DNA from: Mytilus californianus
Lineage: Eukaryota
Assembly: GCF_021869535.1 (NCBI RefSeq)
Contig: NW_026262679.1
Location: 111,352,001 to 111,416,000, forward strand
Direction of reading: 5' to 3'
DNA: 64,000 nucleotides
This document shows, in pieces, positions 24,144 through 35,374 of this stretch. A model generated the notes under the pieces. That model searched no databases. It was given only the letters and a program-made list of their open reading frames with translations, and was not told the DNA's origin. Made by a program: the position numbers and the translations under genes. Each line of letters begins with the position of its first letter. Position 1 is the stretch's first letter.

Positions 24144-26474
24144 ACGATACTTCTAGTTACTTTTATTATTTCTTGTAATGCTTCAAATGATCTTGAAAAG
24201 CCAAAAAAGTGTCATTTTGAGGTTGAGAACAAATCCGGCAATTACTTAGCTAAATGGCTTAAAATTATAGACGGAATGGTTGCTCCTTTGGACATTGCGT
24301 TTACAAATAACAAGACATATAGTTCAACACCAGACGTTTTGCTTCCGAACAGATGGATATGGACATTTGTTCCTCCTTTCGGTGGAAAATTCTACATTTC
24401 ATGGCCCTTGGATTACTTTGTGTATTCGTTCGGTCTACTCGATACGCATACTTTATATCCTACAAAAATCTACTTAAACGTTACTCCTCCGGACTGCAAT
24501 ATTACATTCGGCGATCCTAAAACTACTGAAGGAATTGGTAACGCTTTGCAAAAAATGGCCAAGGAGCAACACTTTTATAAAATCAACGAGATGTATGACT
24601 ATAGCTACTGGTGTTATTTGTCGAGGAGTTCTTATTTTAATAACTCATTGTACTATGGTTTAAGTCGATACCTAAACGTACCATTACAACTATTGGGATA
24701 TAAATGCTGTCGGAACAGTGGTGGAAAGAAACGGTTAATTTGTGACCACAAAAATGTCATACAGAATTCCTATCAACTAATACCCTTTTACATAGGACTT
24801 GTTTTCCTAGTATATTTTCCACTTGCTCTTCTAAAATTTGGACATGAAGCTTTGGAATCCAGTAATGACATAAAACATATCGCGTTACAATCGGAATATT
24901 CAATTATACCAAATCAGGATGACGACTATATTTTTATGAGAACAAGAGGTCATATATCAGTCTTTAAAATGATTGTCAGCGCTTTTGGATTGGCTGACAA
25001 ACATCCGGTAATTGTGTCGAGAATACGACGAGTTATATTTGTAACATTGGCTCCATTTCTTGTATACATATTTATTTTACTTTACTACAAGAAAGGACGT
25101 TATTTGATGAAAGAAATAGTCAATCATAGAATTCCACATGGGTTTGTATCTGTTGTCGGTGGTTTTACTGAGAGTCTAGACCTGTACCTACCAATGTTTG
25201 GTGGTCCGGCAATTTCGCTCATTTTATACCTCATAGTAGGATTAATATTGACGTTAGTTCCAAGAAGTTTGTCTGATATCCTTCAGTTGGGGTTATCTCC
25301 TGACGAATCAACCTATTCAACACTTTTAACATTAGACTTGGTAACAATTGAAAAGTTTTCGAAGAAGAAATGCAGTCAAATATCTGGCTACCGGAGATTC
25401 TATTCTGTAATGAGAGGATCGTTATACATGTTAATAAATCCGTCATTTTGGTGTTATGTCCTATCGTTCCAAAAGACAAGATTGAGAAAAGTAATAGATA
25501 AATTGTGTCCTGGGTGTGTTGGGACGATCTGTATGGCCATTATTTGTCTGCCTGTATTTGTATCTTACTTCTGTTTCTGTATTTTAGAGACGGTATTAAT
25601 GATATTTTATTACGGCTTTCCCTTTTGTTATTTTGTGGTGTCAACTGCCAAAGGATACGCAAAGTATTTCCAAAGAGCACAACAAAAACAGACATTTATG
25701 CTAAATGTTGTATTATCAATACTTTTCCCTATTTGCTTTCTCTTTTTCATGTTTATGTTGGTCATGATAAGTCTGGAAACTTTCATGATCATTGGTTATT
25801 TCATATTTTTCGTTTACTTATCCCTTGTGATATTTCCAGGATGGTCTTTTGGTTTCGTATACTATGTAATTATGTTCATTCTATATGTACATAGTGTATT
25901 GAAAGATTTTAAACAGGAATACCAAGACTTATTGCATCATACCATACAAGCATCCGTTAAAGTGGAAAAGGCTGCCTTAGCAACGGAACTACTAAATAAA
26001 AGACAAAACTGTACAGGCTGCTCTATGCCCGAATTTATAGCAATTACTAACAGAATTCCCTTAGAAATATTTAATCAAACTACATCGATACAGCATGATA
26101 ATCGAATCGAATATGTACGATTTCGAAAACAGATACCAGGAGTTCGAAGAGATCTGTATCGGTTCGTTATCGATAGATCCTATCCCGTACATATCGCATT
26201 CTTCCATATCATCGTGCAAATTTTAGTGCTACAAGTTATCGTTTTGATCTCTATATTATTTATTACCACGTACATACAGAGGGAATCGTCACGGGACTCC
26301 AGTGACGTCCTGAATGTAATGTGTATTATAATTGTAACAATGATTCCAAATCTTGTACGTATTTTCTTCTGTAAAGTACATAACAATAAGGTAAGAAAAA
26401 GGAAAATCCGACAAAGAGTTATAGAATTTTGGAGAGCAAAGAACAATGTTTACATCGACGATGATAACGAGTAA
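24144..26474 (+). CDS. Uncharacterised multi-pass membrane protein, paralogue A (776 aa if started at ACG 24144; track ORF starts at ATG 24276)
   Basis: The frame is open from 24111 to the stop at 26474. The in-frame extension (T)ILLVTFIISCNASNDLEKPKKCHFEVENKSGNYLAKWLKIIDGM aligns with the signal peptide and N-terminus of paralogue B. Cys-containing ectodomain of about 200 aa, then roughly 9-10 hydrophobic segments by eye; no introns in the CDS. Confidence 0.9.
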   Translation, partial: TILLVTFIISCNASNDLEKPKKCHFEVENKSGNYLAKWLKIIDGMVAPLDIAFTNNKTYSSTPDVLLPNRWIWTFVPPFGGKFYISWPLDYFVYSFGLLDTHTLYPTKIYLNVTPPDCNITFGDPKTTEGIGNALQKMAKEQHFYKINEMYDYSYWCYLSRSSYFNNSLYYGLSRYLNVPLQLLGYKCCRNSGGKKRLICDHKNVIQNSYQLIPFYIGLVFLVYFPLALLKFGHEALESSNDIKHIALQSEYSIIPNQDDDYIFMRTRGHISVFKMIVSAFGLADKHPVIVSRIRRVIFVTLAPFLVYIFILLYYKKGRYLMKEIVNHRIPHGFVSVVGGFTESLDLYLPMFGGPAISLILYLIVGLILTLVPRSLSDILQLGLSPDESTYSTLLTLDLVTIEKFSKKKCSQISGYRRFYSVMRGSLYMLINPSFWCYVLSFQKTRLRKVIDKLCPGCVGTICMAIICLPVFVSYFCFCILETVLMIFYYGFPFCYFVVSTAKGYAKYFQRAQQKQTFMLNVVLSILFPICFLFFMFMLVMISLETFMIIGYFIFFVYLSLVIFPGWSFGFVYYVIMFILYVHSVLKDFKQEYQDLLHHTIQASVKVEKAALATELLNKRQNCTGCSMPEFIAITNRIPLEIFNQTTSIQHDNRIEYVRFRKQIPGVRRDLYRFVIDRSYPVHIAFFHIIVQILVLQVIVLISILFITTYIQRESSRDSSDVLNVMCIIIVTMIPNLVRIFFCKVHNNKVRKRKIRQRVIEFWRAKNNVYIDDDNE

Positions 26475-26693
26475 GGAAAAGGACACAATGGCTCCATTTC
26501 ATCTGTTCTGATGTCAATTACAAAAAGGGTTAATTGGGATCTCCAATTGATCTAAAAGGTGATTACAAGAAACTCGTAATAAGTTCATGGACATTAAGTT
26601 AAAAGTTTAAGGAATCCTGAAGTTTTAGCAGCAATAGATTTTTAGTTTCTACAACTTAAAACCTTGTCCGTATTTTGAATTCAGAACTTTGAA

Positions 26694-26816
26694 GTACTGA
26701 ACAATTAGGTTGGTGACAGTACTGAACAATAAGCCTGGTGACAGTACTGAAAAATTAGGCTGGTGACAGTACTGAAAAATTAGGCTGGTGACAGTACTGA
26801 CAAATTAGGCTGGTGA
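26694..26816. repeat. 25-bp tandem repeat, 5 units
   Basis: Unit gtactgaa(c/a)aattaggctggtgaca. Confidence 0.92.
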
Positions 26817-28330
26817 GTCTCCCAGTAAAGATATCTAACCAATGATAACATTTAACGGTACAACATTTACAGCAGCAGAAGCACATGAAATATTGTATAG
26901 ATACCTGTTTATTGTTGACTATTTGTATCCATTTAGATGTCTTTTGTTTATTTTTGTCATTGGTTTGTGCAATACATTGTAAGCTAAACATTTGTTTCCG
27001 AATCGAATTAATGATTCAACTACAATTATATAATCATGCCAATGTGTAAAACTTGAATGAATCAATAAATAAAATCTTAACACTTACTCCACAATACCAG
27101 TATCCTAGATAACAGATTCAATAAATAAAATCTTATCACTTACTCCATAATACCAGTATCCTAGATAACAGAATCAATTAATAAAATATTAACACTAACT
27201 CCACAATACCAGTATCCTAGATAACAGAATCAATAAATAAAATCTTAACACTAACTCCACAATACCAGTATCCTAGATAACAGAATCAATAAATAAAATC
27301 TTAACACTAACTCCACAATACCAGTATGATCCTAGATAACAGAATCAATAAATAAAATCTTAACACTACCTCCACAATACCAGTATCCTAGATAACAGAA
27401 TCAATAAATAAAATCTTAACACTAACTCCACAATACCAGTATCCTAGATAACAACAACAACAAATCTCAGAATGCTCGTAACCTCAATGTTGCTGATATG
27501 AACAACTCTAATTTTGATGACTGTACTTCACGCAGAGATTTTATAAAGCAGAAGTATAAGAAGACACTTGTACAATTCCATGAACAAATATGTACAGCAG
27601 AAAATCAATGCAGAATAAAACAAATAGATCGTTGTAGTCTTGTTATTGAACTTGTTAGCTTGAGAAATATTATCATCGTTCTTGTACATGTATATATTTT
27701 CCAGCAGGTGGAATCATACGTCACAATAAAACTCAACTCTTGTGCTATAATTTAGATACACTTTTTTTTAGCAATCTATGAAATCTATATCCCCGTTTTA
27801 AAAGTTATTTAGTACGTTAACAGAAAGTTTGCCTGGTCTGCATGTATTACACGTACATGGAAAAAAACAAATTGAACATTTAAGTCTTATTTCGGATAAT
27901 AAATGAACAGCACTAGTCTATTCAGTTAGCCAAAGACTGAGAGTAAAGCGGCCCGCTAATCTTGTTAGCTTAATGAATTGCGCCCCTTTTTTTGATCTGA
28001 TTCCCAAAAGTGATATCGTACTTCAACATTAAATTTCAATATTTGCTATTAACATAAGAAACAGTTTTGATCAATTTGTGAAATCTATATCCCACTTGTA
28101 AAAGTTCATAAACATATCAACAGAAAGTCTTCCTGGTTCGTATTGATACTGCTTTATGGTACAAGTTACACATCATGCACAACAGACATAATTTAACACC
28201 TTAGTAAGTGTTTGAATACTATTTTTATCAATACTAACATTGACTTTGTTTTTGATAAATTAAAACACAAGTAGATATGTAGTGTTGTACTGATATGAAA
28301 GGTTATGGTCCTACATCCTGTCAATATTAT
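26803..28330 (+). repeat. 1.5-kb duplicated block, copy 1
   Basis: Collinear with 62606-63991 from aattaggctggtga to ggtcctacatcctgtcaatatt. Confidence 0.92.
27060..27455. repeat. 56-bp tandem repeat, 7 units
   Basis: Unit aatcaataaataaaatcttaacactaactccacaataccagtatcctagataacag. Confidence 0.93.
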
Positions 28331-28529
28331 GAATTGTTTTTTTTTCATTGCACAAGGTCATCCTTTCTCAAGCTGTTCATAACATTCTTACACTAAATCC
28401 CGTGGATGTGTACTGATTGATATTTTCTTTTGGGAGATCTTGATTTATTTATTAGTTGTAATTAGCTTTAAAATGGCTTTCAGTAATTGCGAGTACTCTT
28501 AGATCGGTATGTTGTTTTATTTTTGTCTT

Positions 28530-28810
28530 CATACTGATCTGACGAGTTGAGATATTTTCAAAGGTTAGGAGTCTGTTATTCGGTGGTTGTGGTTTGTAGC
28601 TGTTTAACGTATTTGTTTTTCGTTTATTGTTTTGTCATAAATCAGGCCTTTGTTTTTCTTTTTTCGCATCTTGTCATGTCGGAGCTTACTATAATTATGG
28701 GTTTTGCTCATTGTTGGAGGCCGTGCAGTGATCTATAGTTACTTAAATCCATGTTATTTGGATTCTGGTGGACATTTGCCTTAGAGGCAATCATACCACA
28801 CCTTATTTTA
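28530..28810 (-). repeat. High-copy interspersed repeat (same family)
   Basis: ttttgctcattgttggaggccgtgcagtgatctatag...ggcaatcataccacacc. Confidence 0.7.
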
Positions 28811-30660
28811 AAATAAATTACAGATTGTATCTATGTTATACACATCATATATATATATAACATAAGTAAGCAAATAGATCTGTCTATAGATATTGACGTT
28901 TGAAACGATTCGAGTTTCACTGTCATAAAAATCGACATCCATTCAGAACGATGGACCTGAATACATAATTAAGGTCTGCTGAATACATTAAACTGTAAAC
29001 TGAACCAATTTTTGTTCACATCAAAGCTAGTTTGGAATATTTTATTGTGATCTAATTGTTAGAGAAGTGCATTTTTAGTTGAAGCACACTAAAGTTTTGT
29101 GGTAATATAATACAAAAAATTGTCAAGACTCATATAACTTACCAAAAGATGCTCAAACAAGTAATACACGACATAGTGACCTAAATATTGCTGAACATTA
29201 TTATGCTACACAAGAAAACTACAACCCTGTAAAAGTCATTTATCACTAATACTAGCATTAAATTTAATGTTGTTTTTTTTCCATTCAGACTAGCATTGAC
29301 AATAACCCACTAGCGGTTCTCCTCAAATGATATGAAACATTCATATCTATCGTAACTCGCTCACTCGTCTCGAATATTTATACTTTAATTATAGATTCAA
29401 TATTACACTAACGGTGTTTGAGCAAATGACAAATGAGCTTTTGCTCCGTGTTGAAGGCCAGGATGTGACTTTATGACGAAGATCAGCACTATCAGTGCTG
29501 TATTTTTACTGTGGGTTTTGTCAGATGCGTGAACGAATATATCTTTGTTTTCCTTCGTTTCCGTTATGTTATATGCGAACGAGACAGGAACAACCTACTT
29601 AAAGCAAATTTGAATTCAAGTATGTTTTTTTCGTGTAGACATCGTCTTTTCTGCATCGTAGATAATAGTAAAATGCAACGGCAGATTATAACATAACACA
29701 TAATTAAATACAAAACAGATTTGGGCTGGTTATAGATACAACTACCAATATATAGCCAACGAAATTTTTAGGAAACAATACTTTATACTATCTGACACTT
29801 TTATTTTACAACAGAATGTACAAAACTATACATTTTCAAATCATATGCTTTATAAAAAGCAAAAAGAAACATAACACTTTACTTAAGGTCAAGAAACAGT
29901 AAATGAGCTATGTTACAGATTTTGATAAAATTTTGCATGCAACTTTGGCTCGTTGTATTTTAGCTAAAAATCGAAAAAATAATGAATTTATCTTATTTAT
30001 TTTCTGAAATATTACTGATTAAATTCTTTCAAAATAGGTGAACATTTGCATAGAAAGCACATACAATCGGCGAAATACGTTCTTAAATTTGTCTTATAAT
30101 TACCAAATCTCCAATTTCAATTCCATAGATTTTTCCTAAAAAAAACATATGGTATTGATACATACATTTTCGTAAAAGATACAATAGAACAAAAAACACT
30201 ACAATTTGATAAATTGATATTGAAATTGTTTCGCAAGTAGAGGTTGGAACTTAGGAGTTTTCATGTTTTTCATGCAATGGATTTTGGTAGAATTTATACC
30301 CGTTGATGTAATCCATTATCAATTGTGATGATGACGTTTTGTCAGTTTTGATACAAGTTTGAACATAAGTTTTCACACATGTACTACCATCAACAAACGA
30401 AAATCGCATTTTGTTACTTACTTTCTAACAAAACTAAAGTTCGAGCGTATCCGAAAATTTTCATAAAAAAAATCTTTCCATCTTGTATCATTCGGAGAAC
30501 TTCCTTGTCACTAGTCAGTGCCTATAGATCTTATTGTCTACACACTAAAATTTGACTTTATATTCTAAGAGATTATTTGATAAATTCGGTTCTCGCACAG
30601 TCTCTCTATTTGGAAAAGTTTGAAAGTTTTTAATTGAATTATACTTAGGAATCAGCATGT

Positions 30661-32991
30661 TTAATTCTCCATTGCAAATTTCTTTTTCTTTTCCCAGAAG
30701 TCTATTATACTTTGTCTGACTTTCCTTTTCCGAACATTTTTATTGTGCACTCGCACGAAAAGCAGACGAATAAGATTTGGGAACATGGTAACGACGACAA
30801 CTGACATAACGTTCAAGACTTCATTGGACTCGTCCGATGTAAAGTTTTTAATGTATCTTGAAATGAAGATAATTGATACTAATACAAGTACCTGCACACA
30901 CAGAATCTGAATTATTATATGAAAAAATGCTATGTGAACGGGTAGAAATTTGTCAATAATGTATTCAAACAGATCTTTTCTGACTCCTGGCACCTGTCCT
31001 TTGTACAGAACATAATCGTTTTGAAATCCGTACTGAATGGACAACGATTCATAAGACATTCCTAAAGGAATTGTGTTTGTCAAGGCCAAACATTCGGTTG
31101 CACAGCATCCACTGTTGTTTTTAGCTTTATGGTCGAGTAGTTCTTTCGCAATTTTAACTTTAACGAGTTTTTCCGAAGCTTTGATTGTAAACTCTAGTAA
31201 TGCTTGATACTCGTTTTCAAATTCTTTCACCACAGTATGTACAAATAAAATGAACATAATGATAAAATAGATAAATCCAAATGAACGACTGGGAAAAACG
31301 ATCAATGACAAGTAAAGAAAAAATATAAAGTAGCCAATGATAGTGAAGGATTGCAGAATTATGATAATGAACATAAAGAAATAGAAAAGGCAACAAAGTG
31401 GAAATAATATAAACGCACATACACTGGATACTACTAGCATCCGTCTGTTTGATTGCTTGAAATGACGGACATATCCTCGCACGACTGACAAAATGAAGAG
31501 AAAAATTGGAAACCCATAGAAAATATACAATAACAGAGTTTCAACTATACACCAAAAGATGTAAATAATAAACAATGGCATACGAACAAAAAACGTAAAG
31601 CATCTTTTCATGTGACAACAACTGCATAAAGCCATCATAATGGATTTCCATCTACGTAAATGAAATAAAGTTATGAACTTCAAAAAGACTGGATTTATAA
31701 GCATGTAAATAGATCCTCGCATCACTGAATATACTTTTCTATATCTACTGAAGTTTCGACAGTGCTTTTTTGAGAATTTTTCTATAGTGGCTACATCTAG
31801 CATAAGAAGAGTTGAAAATGGCTTTGTGTCCGGTGGTAGACCTTGTTCCAAAATTTTAGAAAGATCTACGGGAACCAATATTACAATCAGTCCAACAATG
31901 TTGTATAGAATAAGGGATATTACTGGGCCTCCAAACATTGGAAGAAATAAATCCCTGCTTTCTGTGAATCCACCGAGAAGTGACATGAAACCGCATGGTA
32001 TTTTATGCTTGACTATCTCCTTGATGAGGTCTTGTCCAAGTCCATGATATACAAGGAGAAATACATACACAATGATCGGAGTTAGCAATACAAACATTGT
32101 TCTTCTTATTCTTGAGACAAGGAGCGGATGTCTATCACCAAGACCAAATAATCCAAACAATAATTTGGAAATGGATATCGGTCCCCTTTGTTTTAGAAAC
32201 AGAAAATCTGTATCTTTAGTTTCTAGACTTAACAGTTGGGTACCTGAATTATCTAACTCTTCTCCAGAATCGATAGCATGTTTTCCTATCTTTACAACAA
32301 CAAGAGGGAAATACGCCATGGCAATTATTCCAATGTAGTATGGCAGGAGTTGATAAATATTCCAGATATTTTCGTTTCTTATGTCACAAATCGCTTCCCT
32401 TTTCTCCATGAAATTACGACAACATTTATAACCAAACAACTGAAGCGGAACACCTAGGTATTGGTTAAGCATATACCACGTGGAGTCTCTAAACTTTGAG
32501 TTTGTTGTTATATAACACCAATAACTGTACTCATAAAGTGCATTGAGTTTGAAAAGGTAATATTCTGACATGTTATACAGAGCATTGCTTAGTTCATGAA
32601 TAGTGTGATTACCACCGAAAAGAATGCTGCAGTTTTCGGGGTCTGTTTGAACATAGAGTGTAACTGGATATTTTAGACTGTGCGTGTCGAGTAGACCAAA
32701 CGAATAAACAAAATAGTCTACAGGCCATGAAATGTAAAATTTTCCTCCTCCAGGAGGTACAAATGTCCACATCCATCTGTCTGGAAACAGGACCTCGTCA
32801 GTCGCGTTAAACGTTTTGTCGTAAAATTTGAATTTTATATGTGCCAGCATTCCCTGTAGTATTTTTACCCATTTCGTAAAATATTCAGCCGACTCGTCCT
32901 CTATTTGAAATTTACATCCATTCCATTCCTCTATGTAAGACTGTGTTGCGAAAACCGAAGACAAAAACAGCAAGACAATGAATGGCGTCAT
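30661..32991 (-). CDS. Uncharacterised multi-pass membrane protein, paralogue B (776 aa)
   Basis: 2331-nt ORF with signal peptide MTPFIVLLFLSSVFA. Blocks shared with paralogue A: WTFVPPxGGKFYISWPxDYFVYSFGLLDTH, GGFTESxDLxLPMFGGP, YSVMRGSxYMLINP, PGVRxDL, PVHIAFFHIIxQIL. Splice acceptor 18 nt upstream of the ATG. Confidence 0.92.
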   Translation of the reverse strand: MTPFIVLLFLSSVFATQSYIEEWNGCKFQIEDESAEYFTKWVKILQGMLAHIKFKFYDKTFNATDEVLFPDRWMWTFVPPGGGKFYISWPVDYFVYSFGLLDTHSLKYPVTLYVQTDPENCSILFGGNHTIHELSNALYNMSEYYLFKLNALYEYSYWCYITTNSKFRDSTWYMLNQYLGVPLQLFGYKCCRNFMEKREAICDIRNENIWNIYQLLPYYIGIIAMAYFPLVVVKIGKHAIDSGEELDNSGTQLLSLETKDTDFLFLKQRGPISISKLLFGLFGLGDRHPLLVSRIRRTMFVLLTPIIVYVFLLVYHGLGQDLIKEIVKHKIPCGFMSLLGGFTESRDLFLPMFGGPVISLILYNIVGLIVILVPVDLSKILEQGLPPDTKPFSTLLMLDVATIEKFSKKHCRNFSRYRKVYSVMRGSIYMLINPVFLKFITLFHLRRWKSIMMALCSCCHMKRCFTFFVRMPLFIIYIFWCIVETLLLYIFYGFPIFLFILSVVRGYVRHFKQSNRRMLVVSSVCAFILFPLCCLFYFFMFIIIILQSFTIIGYFIFFLYLSLIVFPSRSFGFIYFIIMFILFVHTVVKEFENEYQALLEFTIKASEKLVKVKIAKELLDHKAKNNSGCCATECLALTNTIPLGMSYESLSIQYGFQNDYVLYKGQVPGVRKDLFEYIIDKFLPVHIAFFHIIIQILCVQVLVLVSIIFISRYIKNFTSDESNEVLNVMSVVVVTMFPNLIRLLFVRVHNKNVRKRKVRQSIIDFWEKKKKFAMEN

Positions 32992-33116
32992 CTATATACT
33001 TTGATTGCTCTGATAGAAAGAAAAATGTTCTATTACCCAATCTATTAATGTTTAAAGAATACAAAATCGGTTTTTGATAAAACTAACTAATATTATTATA
33101 TATAGTTACATATATA

Positions 33117-33243
33117 TAGTGTGCTTGTGAACTAATACGATATATTGGGGTAAGTAAATTCCATATGGGATGAGAGCGAAGCTCGAATCCTCATATGGAA
33201 TTTACTGACCCCATATATATCGCATTAGGTCACTAGCACACTA
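33117..33243. repeat. Palindromic MITE-like hairpin about 125 bp upstream of the paralogue B ATG
   Basis: tagtgtgcttgtga...ggggtaagtaaattccatatg / catatggaatttactgacccc...tcactagcacacta. Confidence 0.8.
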
Positions 33244-33633
33244 TGTAACGAATTATCTTGCCGACTATCTTAACTAGTGGCCTATCAAAGTAATCAAGTC
33301 TTCAATACCGTTAGTATAAAGAACCTACTTCAATTAGTCTGTACAAAAACACATGCCAACAATAAATACTTGTTAGCTTTAAATGTGTTTTATTAATTTA
33401 TTTCAATCGTTCATCATCAATTTTTTCGTCTGTTGAAACGTTTAATATTTTTCCTAAACATCGTGTTGTTTTTATAAAGGGACGTAACACCACTACTAAC
33501 CGTGTATTGAAATTAGCCCCGCCTACTAAACCAATATAGAATATACACGGTCTCCACGCGGTTGCTTTTAACCAATCATAGTCCTAGAAATATATAGGAG
33601 GTGAGATAAATGTATATATCAAACGCGTCTTAA

Positions 33634-34290
33634 TGGGCATTAGCTGTCAAATTTATATTAACCGATTTGACTAAAATTCTCATTGTTGATTCATTACAAG
33701 TGGTAAACAAGAAACAATCAAAAATGCATGGACTCTTTATAATGTATCAGCGTTGCTTCAGGCTTGTGAATTTTAAACTAGACGCAATCTATAGGTAACC
33801 ATCGAGATGACCCTTGAAGAATGCCGATTTTCTATGACCTGATATAAACATAAATATCAATACACAGACAAGCACGTGCAATCAAATCCAAATAATGCTA
33901 ATTTTCCTGTGGATCTGTTTGCTTTCATGTCATGATTAAAACAAAATGTAAATCATCGTTTTTACCTGTATAAGAATAATTTTACATTAGTAAACGAAAT
34001 GGTTCTTCCCGGTTGCTCCCTTCTTTCTTTTTCAATCAGACATTCTTTTCTTTTTATAACTGAACATGTTTAGAAAATGCGTAACCCAACTAAGGGTATA
34101 ATTGAAGATCGCATGAATATTGAGGATTCAAATGACTCAATCAGAGGTTGAATAATTGACTTGCAAGCCAATAAAACATTAGTTGAACCAAATTGACTGC
34201 TTTTATTGAAATATTATTTCAAAATTCCAGTTCTATATATGTTTGAGACAAAAACAAAATCATATCTTAATGTGTTGTCTAAATCGTAGT
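33634..34290. mobile_element. Third, diverged copy of the Kolobok-like MITE
   Basis: Starts ttaatgggcattagctgtcaaatt; internal blocks (tttttacctgtataagaat, ataactgaaca) are shared with the other copies. Confidence 0.65.
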
Positions 34291-35374
34291 ATTAAAGTTA
34301 GTTTACAAAAAACAAATAAGACTTCAAGGTGTGATCAAAATTAATAAATCGAAAATAAAAATGGAGTTTGATATGTTTCCAAATACGAAAAAACATGTTA
34401 GTTACAAATAGCCGAACCAAGAGTATACTGTTCACCAATTGTCCGTCGATTGAATAATGAATTTTGGGGTTATCATTTTCGTCGCTGGGTTACAGTTTCA
34501 TTGGCGTAACTCCTACATCTCCTTTTCTGTATTCATTCCTAATAATCAATTGCAAACTGAAAAATAACTTCTACGATTGAATTTTACAATCTTAATTCAA
34601 ATAAGAATAAAAAATAAACTTACTATTTTTCTCTGTTTATTTTGTTATGAATTGCTCAAAACCTTTAAACTTGTAAGACCTTTCACAAGTATTTTATCAT
34701 ATGACATGTCAATCATTGTTTATCCGGTTTTAAACTATTGTTACATTAAGGCAAATAACTCGATCACCATGGATATAAGGAAGTAATAGCTGATATAATG
34801 AAAACGACATCCTTCAACTTCACCCCAGTATGCATCAGTCAAGTTGGTGTTTCCTTTGATACTGTCTGTAACACGAGTCTGTAACATGTAAATACTGTCT
34901 GTAACACCAGTCTGTTACATTTAATTACTCTCTGATAACACCAGTCTGTTACATTTAATTTCTCTCTGATAACTTAATATATAATAACTAGATTTAAGCA
35001 GCTATATGGAGCGAGACAGAAAACAATAGAATATATTATGATGATTTCTTTGTCATGGCTTTTACTGAACGTTTCACTTTTATGCTTGTAAAGATGTTCC
35101 ACAATTCACATTCCATCTTATGAAAAATGGCCACAGAAGAAAGTCAAGCTCATAAGGGAATATATCAAATCATACGATCATGGTATATTACCTATTACTA
35201 CTCCCGCAAGACAATATAAAAAGAGAAAGAGAAGATACCAGAGTCAACAAAACCCCCCTTTTTTGACGATCAATGCTTTTGAATGGGGACATATGGTTGG
35301 ACCCCCTCCCTTTATCCTTGGTGGGAACCCCCTTTTATAAATGACTGGATCCGCCCCTGAGACAATACGTACGC

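Noticed and set aside
24280-32338. Short alternate-frame and antisense ORFs inside the two membrane genes (e.g. 25505-25894, 26180-26446, 31787-32047)
   Set aside because: Expected shadows of long real ORFs; no independent evidence.
24144-32991. Viral or transposon origin of the membrane genes
   Set aside because: No integrase, RT, fusion-protein or capsid motifs and no terminal repeats; both genes have host-type splice acceptors before the start.
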